Assembly (NCBI RefSeq): GCF_009834535.1
Contig: NC_045712.1
Location: forward strand, 23,932,001-23,996,000
Reading direction: 5' to 3'
Source: Camelus ferus
Taxonomy: Eukaryota
DNA length: 64,000 bases
The translations under genes were made by a program, and so were the position numbers. Of the stretch, positions 1 through 11,830 are shown piece by piece (position 1 is the stretch's first letter; every line of letters starts with the position of its first letter). Under the pieces are notes generated by a model. The model did not search any database. It was not told where the DNA came from and saw only the letters and a list, made by a program, of their open reading frames with translations.

Positions 1-565
1 CTCCTTGGAGCCCACTGGCCCTGGGCTGGGGCTGGATTCCAAAGGCACTGTGGGGAGATCCCCAGGACACACCTTCAGGCACTGCCCAAGCAGCCACACT
101 GCGGAGTGTGCCCCAGCTGGAGGACTGAGGGGGTGGACATGCCTCCTTGAAGATGGGGGACACAGTCTGGTAACCCTGCAGGTGGGTAGGAGGAACAGGA
201 TGCTGGGCCACTCTGCCCTGGGGCCAGAGTCCTTCTATCACAGGGGGAGCCCAGGGGCTTTCGCTCCCAGGCCACAGGTATAACAGCTTCCAGAAGACAG
301 CTGGGCCACAGGTATAACTGCCTCACCACCCGCCAAGGGCATGGACCCAGAGATGCTTTCTGAAGGCCATTTGGCCCCTTGTGTCAAAATAACTTGTGGC
401 CCAGCAGTCCTGTTCCTGGGAATTTGCCCCACAGAGATCACCACTGGAAGGAAAGGAGAAGCAATTAGCCTCTAACTTGCTCTGTGGTCTTCAGAGAATT
501 ACTTTCTGGACCTCAGTTTCCCCGACTACACAATGAAGGATTGCAAACACATGGCCAACACACCT

Positions 566-2837
566 CAAGTTTCTAGAAGCATACAGTCCACAAAAACTCA
601 ATCAAGAAGAAACAGATAATTTGAACAGACCAATCACTAGAAGTGAAATAGAATTTGTAATTTTAAAAAACTCCCTGCGAACAAAAGTCCAGGACCAGCT
701 GGCTTTACTGGGGAATTCTACCACATATACAAAGAAGAACTTATACCATTCCTTCTCAAACTCTTCCAAAAGATTGAAGAGGAGGGAATACTCCCAAAGT
801 CATTCTATGAAGCCACCATCACCCTGATACCAAAAGCAAACAAAGACATTACCAAAAAAGAAAATTACAGGCCAATATTGTTGATGAATATAGATGCAAA
901 AATCCTCAACACAATATTAGCACACCGAATCTAACAATACATAAAAAAGATCATACACCACAATCAAGCTGGATTCATCCCAGGGTCACAGGAGGGTTCA
1001 ATATACACAAATCAATGTGATATATACCACGTCAACAAAAAAGACAAAAACTACATGATCATCTCAATAGATACAGAAAAAGCATGTGATAAAATTCAAC
1101 ATCCATTCATGATAAAAACACTTACCAAAGTGGGCATAGAAGGGACATATCTCAACATAATAAAAGCTATTTATGACAAACTCACAGCCAACAAAATACT
1201 CAAGGATGAAAAGCTGANNNNNNNNNNNNNNNNNNNNNNNNNNNNNNNNNNNNNNNNNNNNNNNNNNNNNNNNNNNNNNNNNNNNNNNNNNNNNNNNNNN
1301 NNNNNNNNNNNNNNNNNNNNNNNNNNNNNNNNNNNNNNNNNNNNNNNNNNNNNNAGGCAAAACATTCTCTGACATAAATCGTGACAATGTTTTCCTAGGT
1401 CAGTCTACAAAAGCAATATAAATAAAGGCAAAAATAAACAAGTGGGACCTAATCAAACTTGCAAGCTTTTGCACAGCAAATGAAACCATAAACAAAATGA
1501 AAAGACCACCTATGGAATGGGAGAAAATATTTGCAAATGATGCAAATGACAAGGGCTTAATTTCCAAAATACACAAACAGTACANNNNNNNNNNNNNNNN
1601 NNNNNNNNNNNNNNNNNNNNNNNNNNNNNNNNNNNNNNNNNNNNNNNNNNNNNNNNNNNNNNNNNNNNNNNNNNNNNNNNNNNNNNNNNNNNNNNNNNNN
1701 NNNNNNNNNNNNNNNNNNNNNNNNNNNNNNNNNNNNNNNNNNNNNNNNNNNNNNNNNNNNNNNNNGAATGCCCATTATTAAAAAGTTCACAAACAATAAA
1801 TGCTGAAGAGGGTGTGGAGAAAAGGGAACCCTCCTACACTTGTTGGTGGGAATGTAATTGGTGCAGCCACTATGGAAAATAACATGGAGATTCTTAAAAA
1901 ACCAAAAATAGAGTTACTATATGATCCAGCAATTCCACTCCTGGGCATATATCAGGAGAAAACTCTATTCTGTCATTCTCTCTTTTTTCTTTTCCCTTTT
2001 TTTTTTTTTGCCAATTTTTTTTTTTGAGGGGGGAGATAATTAGGTTTACTTATCAGGAGAAAACTCTATTTCATCATTCTCTTTTTTTTTTTTTGCCAAC
2101 TTTTTTTTTGAGGGAGGAGATAATTAGGTTTACTTACTTACTTATGTTTAGAGGAGGTACTAGGGATCAAACCCAGGACCTTGTGTATGCTAAGCATGTG
2201 CTCTACCACTTGAGCTATACCCTCCTCCAAAGAAACCCCTATTTTGAAAAGATACATACACCCCAGTGTTCACAGCAGCACTGTTTATAATAGTCAAGAC
2301 ATGGAAGCAACCTCAATGTCCACCAACAGATGACTGGATAAAGAAGGCGAGGTATGTATGTACCAGCCATAAAGAAGAGTGAAATAATGCCATTTGCAGC
2401 AACATGGGTGGACCTAGAGATTATCATACTAAGTGAAGTGAATCAGAAAGGGAAAGACAGATATCATATATCACCTACATTTGGAAACTAAAACATGATA
2501 CAAATGAACTTATTTACAAAACAGAAACAGACTCACAGACATAGAAAACAAACTTATGGTTACCAAAGGGGAAAGGGGGGTGGGAGAGGGATAAATTAGG
2601 AGTTTGGGATTAGCAGATACAAAACTACAATATATATAATAGATAAACAACAAGGTCCTACTGTATAGCACAAAGACCCATATTCAACAGCCTGTAATAA
2701 ACTATAATGGAAAAGAATATGAAAACGAATATATATGTTTAACCGAATCACTTTGTTGTACATGAGAAATCAACACATTGTAAATCAATTGTACTTCAGT
2801 AATAATAAATAAATAAATGGATAAATAAATAAATAAA
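566..2837 (+). mobile_element. 5'-truncated LINE-1 (ORF2 remnant, 3'UTR and (TAAA)n tail); contains two N-runs and a SINE insertion
   Basis: ORF2-like peptides [13 protein letters not shown] (621+), [23 protein letters not shown] (1055+) and [10 protein letters not shown] (~1513+); typical L1 3'UTR (GGGGAAAGGGGGGTGGGAGAGGGATAAATTAGGAG ~2567-2601); A-rich tail ~2800-2837; stops and frameshifts present. Confidence 0.95.
2071..2228 (-). mobile_element. tRNA-derived SINE (camelid Vic-1-type) inserted in the L1
   Basis: Reverse complement reads GGAGGAGGGTATAGCTCAAGTGGTAGAGCACATGCTTAGCATACACAAGGTCCTGGGTTTGATCCCTAGTACCTCC (tRNA-Ala-like head with A/B boxes), then TAAG/A-rich tail; flanks GAGAAAACTCTATT and AAAGAAACCCTATT resemble a TSD. 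Confidence 0.9.
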
Positions 2838-4262
2838 CGACTCCTGCTGGGTGTGCCTGGTTCACACCCCTTCAAAGTGCCTTCTTCCGCTACAGGAGCC
2901 CATGTTTTAGATGGTCCCCTGATGAGTTTACCTCCTAGACGTCTACAACCGGTAGCTCCTATTCCCCGCCCCAAATTCTGAGGGTGGACAGCTTTCCGGA
3001 CCATCCCCCTTAGTGCCCTTCCTGGGCTGCTGGAAAATCCCACCATCTTATTCCTCCAGTGCTGTCCTGTATCCTTTACTGGGGGGGAGTCCTGCCAATA
3101 CTACATGCAGTGTACCAGCCTCCCAATACCAAACTCTGTCCCTTAGGGAAGTACCAGCTGTTGACAGAGGAACAATCAGAGTCCTTGTGCCTCTTCCTAT
3201 GGCTGACCTAGCTACCTGCAAAGAGAAATTTGGATGTTTTTCCGACAACTCATAGAGGAATTCACTAAGCCGACAATGTCCTATGAACTTACATGTGGTC
3301 CCCCTTCCTACATGCTGCATTTTTTGAAGAGAAAAGCTGGATCCTTGGTGCAGCCTGGGCACACAACAATGTCAAGGACGTATAGTCTATCTTACTGGAA
3401 GGGACGCAATCCTCGACCAAGACCCACACTGGGACTACCAATAGGGAGGTACAGGGCTTGAACCCAGGAACCACATTATAACTTGCCTCAGAGAAGGGAT
3501 GAAAGGCTGTGTTGTTAAGCCTTTTAATTATAACAAAGTCAGAGAAGTAACACAGGGAAAAGATGAGAATCCAGCCCTCTTCCAGGGCCCCTTGGTGAAG
3601 GCCTTTAGAAAGTATATCAAAAGCAATTGCGACACCCTCCAAAGGGCAAGTCCTAGTAAATACCCATTTTATCACTCAATCTGCCCCAGACATTAGGAGG
3701 AAATTACAGAAGGCAGCTATGGGACCCCAAACCCCCATGACTCAGTTCATGGACTTGGTCTTTGGAGTATCTGACAATAGAGATAGGGTTGAGGAAGCAA
3801 GAAGGATTGAAGGTCAACAACAAAAGGCAGAATCATTGGTGGCAGCTTAGCCCCTGAACCATCTCAGGGTCATCTCCCTTCAGAAAGTCCATGGGGTGAG
3901 GAGGTGGCGGGCAGGATCTAGAAAATCTGGATCAGGGACCTGGTTTTATTTATTTGTTTGTTTTGTTTTTTAGGGGGGAGGTAATTATGATTTTTATATA
4001 TAGAGAGAGGTACTGGGGACTGAACCCAGGACCTCATGTATGCTAAGCATGCTCTCTACCACTGAGCTATATCCTCCCCCTGAAGGGACCTGTTTGAAAT
4101 TGCAGCCAAGAGGGTCACTGGAAGGACGAATGACCCTCCTGTATGGAAGAGTCTACCCGAACCCTACCCGATATGCAAAGGAGAAGGCCACTGGGAGCGG
4201 GACTGCCCACTACCACCCTGGTCCTAAGGGGGCTTGGGGGTCCCAAACCGATAATGGCTGAG
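2838..4262 (+). pseudogene. gag: ERV gag remnant (CA, MHR, two degenerate zinc knuckles)
   Basis: LREVPAVDRGTIRVLVPLPMADLATCKEKFGCFSD (~3143-3245); MHR-like VREVTQGKDENPALFQGPLVKAFRKY (~3538-3615); CSQEGHWKDE* (~4102-4134); ICKGEGHWERDCP (~4171-4210). Confidence 0.9.
3947..4080 (-). mobile_element. tRNA-derived SINE (Vic-1-type) inserted in ERV gag
   Basis: Reverse complement of the GGGGAGGATATAGCTCAGTGGTAGAGAGCATGCTTAGCATACATGAGGTCCTGGGTTCAG head; flanked by AGGGACCTG on both sides (~3934 and ~4084). Confidence 0.9.
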
Positions 4263-4269
4263 ACGACCA

Positions 4270-7200
4270 AAGAATGATGGGTTCTGGGGCCCTCCCTGTT
4301 TCCTGAAGGACAACTGGTGATTTCCCCAGAGGTGTCCCAGGTAACCCTTGATGTGGCAGTAGGAAAGTTATTTTCTTACTAGATGTGGGGGCCACCTACT
4401 CTGTGCTGATTTCCCTGGACTGCTGTCCTCCAAATTCTGCACAGTAAGGAGGATGGATGGACGGTCCGAGGCCAAATGATCACCACCCCCTCCCCTTCAG
4501 CTGCTTACTAGGAAGTTACCCTCACATACCAGTTCCTGCTCATGCCTGAGTGCCCCGTCCCCTTGTTGAGAAGGGATTTGCTCACTAAATTCCAGACAAC
4601 AGATAATAGTTCAATTTGCAGATCCCTTCAGAAAAGGCACCACCAGGAGAAACAACTGCTCTTAACCACGGGAGCCTGCTCAGTCCCAAATCAGACGGGG
4701 TCTCCCTCCCCCACCAGATTGTTTCTCAAATAAACCCTTCTGTCTGGGACACTGAGATTCCTGGCAGAGCTACTAATGTGCTCCCAGTTCAGATTTCATT
4801 GAAACCCAATGCTGATTACCCGTGGAAAAAACAGTCTCCCTTGGGCCTGAGGCCCAGCGAGGTATCCAGCTTTTAATAACCAAGTTCTTAAAATATGGGC
4901 TGTTACGACCCTGAGCTGCATAATACCCCCATTCTGCCCATAGAAAAGCAAAGTGGAGAGTACAGATTTGTTTAAGGCCTCAGGGTAGTTAATGAGGAAG
5001 TGGTCCCAGTTCATCCAATAATCCCTAATCCATACGCCATACTGACCCAAGTTCTGGAAAATGCAAACTGGCGTACTGTGCTGGACCCGAAGGATTCCTT
5101 CTTCTGCATTCCCCTGCACCCAGATTCTCAATATCTCTTTGCCTTTGAGTGGACAGATCCAGACACACTAACACTCCCCGGCTAACCTGGACTGTGCTGC
5201 CCCAAGGCTTCAGGGATAGCCACCACCTGTCTGGTAATGCATTAGCAAAGGAATTAAGAGAATTACATTCAGTTAATGGGTCTCTCCTACAGTATGTGGG
5301 CAATCTCCTAACTTCCAGTCTCAGGGAAGACTCAGATAAAAACACCGTTCAGGTCCTCAACTTCCTAGGGGAACGAGGATATCAAGTTTCTCCTCACAGA
5401 GCCCAGATTTTCACCCAACACATTAAGTATCTGGGATATGTGCTCACCCCTGGGACAAGGACTCTAGTCCAGGACCAAAAGGAAGCCACTTTAACCCTTA
5501 AACCCCCAGACTAAGAGGCAACTGAGGGCCTTTCTGGGGATGGCAGGATTTTGTGTAATCTGGATCCCTGGATCCAGATCCCCTTCTACGAGGCCCTAAA
5601 AGGACATGACCACGAACCCCTTAACTGGGCTGAAAATTGCCAACAGGCGTTCCTAGCTCTAAAACAAAAATTAGGGACACCCCCCCCCTTGCATTGTCTC
5701 CTGAACTTAGAAAAACCCTTTACCCTTTATATAGCTGAGAAGCAAGGGATAGCTTTGGGTGTCCTCACTCAAAAACTCAGGCCCCTGCCTAGACCAATAG
5801 CTTTTATCTCAAAACACCTTGATCAGGTGGTCCCTGGATGGCCAGGATGTCTTAGGGCAGTGGCTGCCACTGCTTTGCCAGTAGAAGAGGCCAGTAAGTT
5901 CACCCTGGGACAGTCATTGCAAGTCCTAACTCCTTACCAGGTACAAGGAGTCCTAGAGGCAAAAGGACACCAATGGCTGATGGGTGGATGATCGCTAAAA
6001 TACCAAGCGCTCCTACTTGACACTCCAGGAGTAACTCGGAAAGTTTGCCAAGCCCTGAACCCAGCTACTCTAATGCCGGACCCCCACCCCACGGGTCCCT
6101 TGTTCACTCCCACGTGGAGACTTCTGAGCATGTTCACTCCAGGAGGCCTGACCTCAAGGATGAGCCCCTGACCGATCCCGATGCAGAGCGGTTTACTGAT
6201 GGAAGCAGTTTCATGCACAGACCGGGGAGACAGACTGGCTTGGCCACAGGCAGCCTGCAGACAATTGTTGAGTCTGGAGCTCTGCACTCTTCACACTTCT
6301 GCCCCAAAAGCCGAGTTGATCATCTTGACCAGAGCACTGCAGCCAGGAAAGGCATTAGAACCAATATATATATCCTGATCTTAAGTATGGATTCTCAGTG
6401 CTCTGTGCCCTGCTGCCAAGGGGAAACACAGGGGACAACTAACGGCCACAGGGTCCCCTATAAAACAACCAGGCGGAAATTCTAGAAGTAGAAGCAGTCC
6501 AGCTTCCAAAGGAGTTTGCAGTCAGTCATTCATTGCAGGGGTCACCGAAGGGGCAACATTTCTCTCATAAGGGGAAACGCCCTAGTCCACAAGGCTGGGC
6601 AGCCTGCAGCCCAAGAACAGCCGTCCCACCAGCTGCAGCTCTCAAACCCGACAGTCTCCCCTTCCCAACGCCGCCATCCTATATGCTTGAAGAAACCCAG
6701 TGGGCTAAACACTGGGGACTGGACAGAGAACTCTCAGGGTGGCTGACGAGAGATAACAAGCTTCTTATTCTAGGGGCCGAGCAATGGAAAATAATTAAGC
6801 ACCTCCACGAATCCTCCCACTTAGGGTGAGACTCCCTATTCAAACTGGTCACCCAGGTGTTCCTGGGTGAGGACTGTCCCAAACTGATAAGAATGTCACC
6901 AGGGCTTGCAAACTTTGTGCCCACAATGACCCAAGAAGCCATCCCATAACCCCACCCCTAAGTCAGCCCATTCAACATCGAGGAACCTATCCCGGGGAAG
7001 ACTGGCAGATGGACTTGACCCAGATGCCACCACACAGGGGATGGAAAAACCTATTGGTGTTCACAGACACCTTTACAGGATGGATAGAAGCTTCCCCTAC
7101 TAGGACTGAAAAGGTAACACAAGTGTCCAAATTTCTGCTTAAAGAGAAAATTCCGAGATTTGGGTTACCAAAAAGCCTACAGAATGATAATGGACCTTCC

Positions 7201-7826
7201 TTCACTGCCGAGGTGACCCAGGCTCTGGGTATTAACTACCGCCTCTGCTCTTTCTGGAGGCCCTCATCCTCAGGCAAGGTAGAAAAAGCCAATCATGTTC
7301 TACAAAGAACGCTTGGTAAGCTGTGCCAAGAGACTTCAAAAACCTGGGTCTCCACCCCTGCCCCCTGTAGCCCTTCTGCAGAACAGGATGGTCCCCAAGG
7401 GAATTTTAAAACTTTATTTGAAATGACTGATAGGTGGCCCTTGACTTCAGACCTCGTGTTTGATGAAGAAACCCACCAACTGGTCTCCCACTGTTAGCTT
7501 GAGCCAAGTTCAAAGGGCCCTCCAAGAATATGGAAACAAAGTGCTCCCCACCTCACAAAAGAAAAGGTCTTCTCCATCCAGTCAGGAGACTCTGTCCTAC
7601 TAAAACTTGGAAGGAAGGGTCCCCTGAAGACCAGCTACCACCAAAATGGAAAGGACCTTATGAAGTGTTATTGAGTACCCCAACTGCTGTCAAGGGAGTT
7701 ACTGGTTGGGTACGTCTGTCTAGAATAAAACCTGTATCTTGTAAGTCCCAACAGGAACCAGAGGCGACCCACTCCTGGGAGCCAGTGGAAGACCTCAGAT
7801 ACCTGTTCATGAGAACAGATAACTGA
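4270..7826 (+). pseudogene. pol: ERV pro-pol remnant (protease, RT, RNase H, integrase)
   Basis: FLLDVGATYSVL (DTG degraded, 4382); YNTPILP; VLDPKDSFFCIPLHPDSQYLFAFEW; WTVLPQGFRDS; QYVGNLL (YVDD degraded, 5293-5304); FTDGSSF (RNase H); WQMDLTQMP...FTDTFTGWIEA and SSGKVEKAN (integrase). Confidence 0.95.
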
Positions 7827-9608
7827 CTTCACGTGGCCGTGGTGGGTTGGCCTCCTACTTCTTGTGTTTCTATCATGCCCTTACTCTGCTGCTTTTCAGA
7901 ACCCCCTCCCCTTGATAAACATCTTCTTTGTCCCTGCTGGGTCTGAAAAGAAAAAGTACAGTAATATGATGTCAAAAGCCATGATAGTCCCAGTAGGACT
8001 TCTGACGGTGGTGGCGGCTCAGGGGGAATGGGCAATAATGCTGTAGTACACGTATCTAAGAGTCGCCCGGGGAGAAAACCTAGTTAATTGTTGTGTCTGT
8101 CATAAAACCCCTGACTTATAGCAATCATTACAGGTACACATAGGTACACATGACCAGAGCTTATCAATCAAACACACGGAAGCCCACCTCCACCCCCCCA
8201 TCACCGATACTAGTGCCATGGGTAATACCCCCGTCAGGCCTCATTCCTTGCCTGCATTTAACTCTTTTAAACAAGGTGACTTAAAATTTTTGCATTAATC
8301 ATGGCTACTTCTGTTATCCAGAAAACCAGTCATGCTTCTGACGCCACTATACCTCTAATGGTTCTCTTGGCTGTGGTAAACCTCTTTGGAATGATCCCTG
8401 GCCCCTGGGTGGTAATATTGCCACAATGTTTTTGAACCCAGACCCAAAATACATTCCCACAAATGCCTCCAAAAGGTGTGCTTATAATGAAGCCCAGACC
8501 CAAGGTGCCTAGGGGATAGGGATGGAATGGACTAAAAATTGGGCTACAAGTGGTCGGGCTCTATGGAAGTGGTAAGTAAAACCTTCATACTACACCATCT
8601 CATCTAAGCAGAGGGCATGGAATATTCCCCAACTTAACTATTTTGCAAATATTAAAGGGCCCTTTTCCCCACATTATGTTCTAACTTGTCCCTTCTGAGC
8701 TTGCAAGCAGCTGCTTCCTTGATGAACTGCTCTTCTCCCAGATCTCTTATTGCACCTTCAGGATATGTCTGGACATGTGGCACTCCCCACAATGAGGGCC
8801 CAAAGACAAGGGCACCCCTGGGCAAATGTGGCCCCTATGTAAGTGCTTAGCCTTATATCAGTAATGTGTGGCACGAGGGAGCCTGTACATTAGGACATTT
8901 GAGCCCATTCACAGTCATAATAACACTAAATATTGTCCCAGGAGGGCCATCAGATTAACACTGGCAGGAATAGGACTGGCAGGGGGATGGGCAGCTCCAT
9001 GGGGAGGCTTTGCCTACTAGGTGGTAACCCTAGAAATCTAATCAGCACTTTGGAGACACTAGCCCTGACCACTGGAAAAGCCCGAAACAGACATCTAACT
9101 TCTTTAAACTCACTGGCCAATGCGATCATAGACAATAGATTGGCCTTGGATTAATTGCTGGCCAAGCAAGGTGGCGTTTGTGAGGTCAGAAACAAAACCT
9201 GCCGTATTCTATGTCAACAATTCGGGCCAGATCCAGATGGACATCAAAAAGATTTATGAACAGGCATCATGGTTACACCACTACAACCAGGGGGCAGACC
9301 CTAATGCCATCTGGTCCACCAATCAGAGCACCATCCCTAGCCTTACTTGGTTCCTGCCCCTCCTGGGCCCAGGAATGATCATGCTCCTTCTCCTCCTCTT
9401 TGGACCCTGCCTCTTTAACCTCTTGGTAAAGTTCACATCTTCCAGGTTACAACAGTTCCATGTCAAAGTGAAGGCTACACGAGGATTCCAGCCCATTCCG
9501 CCCTCTGATTTAAAACAGAAGACATCCTGCCCCTGGGACCCTACACCAGGCATCCAAAGATTTTTTTACTCCCTGATAGGCCGGGTCCATGCCCCTACTC
9601 AGCCCTGA
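7827..9608 (+). pseudogene. env: ERV env remnant (disrupted; gamma-type TM)
   Basis: Degenerate cleavage site and fusion peptide PRRAIRLTLAGIGLAG (~8938-8985); immunosuppressive-domain remnant NAIIDNRLALD*LLAKQGGVC with a stop at ~9152; transmembrane LTWFLPLLGPGMIMLLLLLFGPCLFNLLVKF. Confidence 0.9.
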
Positions 9609-9678
9609 AGCAGCTACAGAAGACAGTCACCCCTCTGCTTCCCATAAAATAATGAGAGTAAAATTTCTGAAGCAGGAA

Positions 9679-10214
9679 TGAGGCAGGAGGGAAAGGGGAT
9701 GGACACAAAGGTTAGATAAACGAAGAAGGGGCACCACTGTTGGGATGCGATAAAGTCTGTCCAGAACCAGCTGAAATCAAGGTGGCTTTTAGAATAGTCT
9801 GGGCATTGACTTTAAGCTCATTATACCTTCATTATGACACTCAAAATGACTCCTCCTTACACCAAGACTCTTCCAAGATGGACCATGAAAGACCAAAAAA
9901 ATGAGCAGTCACCCAATGCCTGGAAAACCCCCCTTGTTTCACCAAAATAGCAAGAACATTCCTCCCATTTGTTAGCATATGAAATTATTTAGCCCCTAAA
10001 GACCTATGACCCCCATGCCCCAGGCCGCTCCCACTTTCTGAGATGGTCCGCCTTCTGCCTATGGAGTGTGTATCCCTCTAAATAAACCCACCTTTGCTTT
10101 TCTCTGGCTCGCTCTTGAATTCCTTCCTGCGACAAGCCAAGGACCCTCACTTGGTGGTCTGTCCAAAGGACTCCTGCAGGTCCCGGGATGTGAGGTTTCT
10201 CTCTCCTGCAACCA
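9679..10214 (+). mobile_element. 3' LTR of the ERV
   Basis: Starts TGAGGCAGGA after a purine-rich stretch just past the env stop; AATAAA at 10081-10086; probable CA end near 10214; end boundary approximate. Confidence 0.75.
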
Positions 10215-11384
10215 TGAGAGGCCTCTACCCTCCCTGTGGATCTCGATTAGGGCTGGGGCGGGGACAGGCTCTCCTCTGCACATTGCTGGTTCCCCCACCC
10301 CCTGCTAAATTCCAAGCACCTCTGGGAAGGTATGAGGCTGAGGTCCTTCTCCAGGACAGGCTAGTGGGCATCCTGACAGCACAGCCCACAGGGACCCATC
10401 TAATGGGTCATAACCTCAACGCAGCATTAGCCTGCAACATCTGAACACACCTGTCTAGGCCTGTGGAAGGTCAGGGCTGCACAGGCCTAGGGGGTCATTT
10501 GTCCCTCCCCTGGCTCCAGGCCCTGCAGCCTGCAAACCTTTGTTTTACCAACAGGAGGCAAGTGGAACTTGGCCTGGGTGTCCCGTGTGCGTCCAAGAGA
10601 CAGAAACACAAGCTGCTGGGCCACGATCACAACACAGTGAAGAGGTAACTAATCCACCCGCCCCGCAGGCCTCATGCGAAAGGCTGCCTGCCTCCCAGGA
10701 GCTCACAGGCCAGCTGAGTGAGGGAAGCGGAAACTCCAAGGAGGCGGGCTGTGTCCCAGGCACACACCCCCTTATTTCAGCCTCATGAGATGCGGTTTTT
10801 CACCCCGTCATTTGGACCACGGAACAGAGACTTACCGGGAGGATAAGGCGCTGAGCCAGGAAGCTGAGCTGTGATCCTGCAGGCGGTCCGGAGGGAGCCC
10901 TCGGAGGCGCGAGCAGGGCCAGGCCAGGCAGGGGTCCCTGAGGCCGTCCGGTTGGTGCTGCAGCTGGTGCTGGGTAGGATCTGCTCAGGCCTCTCCCAGC
11001 CACACAGCCTAGGCCCTGGCTTCTCCCTGTCGCCTCTGCTGCAGCCCTGGGATGTGCCCGGAACGCCAAAGCGGAGCAGCAGAATCCACCGCCCGGCGCC
11101 TAGCCAGCTACCCGGCTCCAGGCCAGGCTGGGCCCGCCTCTCCACGCTGCTCGTGCCGCTGAAGCGTCGGCTCCACCCGCCCGGAGAGACCCGGAGTGAA
11201 TTCAGCTGTGGCCACCCGCTCCTGTCCCACCTGGGAGAGAGGTGTTGTGGGGACGGAGGCTCCTGCAGAGCCCAGCTCACCCGCCTGCGCTCAGAGCCCA
11301 CTCTGGGGGGCTCCACAGAGCCACGTGGATGCGCTCGGTGTCCAGCGGCTCACATGTCCTGAGATGCAGCACAGAAAACCCCGT

Positions 11385-11830
11385 GCAATATGTACAGTGG
11401 AATAATACTCAGCCTTAAAAAAAATGAAATAACGCCATTTGCAGCAACATAAATGGACCCAGAGATTATCACACTAAATGAAGTCAGAAAGACAAAGATA
11501 AATACCATATTATATCACTTATATGTAGAATCTAAAATATGACACAAATACACTTATTTAGAAAACAGAAACAAACTTATGGTTACCAAAGGGGAAAAAG
11601 GGTGGGGGAGGGAGAAATCAGGAGTTTGGGATTAGCAGATACAAACTACTATATATAAAATAGGTAAAAAAATATGGTCCTACTGTATAGCACAGGGAAC
11701 TATATTCAATATCCTATAATAAATCATAATGGAAAAGAACATACATGTATAACTGAATTACTCTGCTTTACACCAGAAACTAACACAACATTGTAAATCA
11801 ACTATACTTCAATAAAAAAGAAAAAAAAAA
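11385..11830 (+). mobile_element. 5'-truncated LINE-1 3' end
   Basis: High similarity to the 3'UTR of the L1 copies at ~2370-2800 and ~34570-35020; poly(A) tail ~11811-11830. Confidence 0.92.

Larger units (their letters stand above)
2838..10214 (+). mobile_element. Decayed class I (gammaretrovirus-like, ERV1) endogenous retrovirus lacking its 5' LTR/leader/MA; gag(CA-NC)-pro-pol-env-3'LTR
   Basis: Collinear gag, protease, RT, RNase H, integrase and env remnants, all on the + strand, ending in an LTR; many stops and frameshifts. Confidence 0.95.

Noticed and set aside
270-320. Short local tandem duplications (GGCCACAGGTATAAC x2; also ~8135-8155, ~24975-25005, ~29435-29462, ~41471-41493, ~61663-61678)
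   Set aside because: Only two or three copies of 7-16 bp, consistent with slippage; no spacer structure, so not CRISPR-like.
7827-9608. env as a captured syncytin-like gene
   Set aside because: Multiple stops and frameshifts, a stop inside the immunosuppressive domain (~9152), a degenerate furin site and a broken CX6CC motif; the longest open piece is only ~145 codons.
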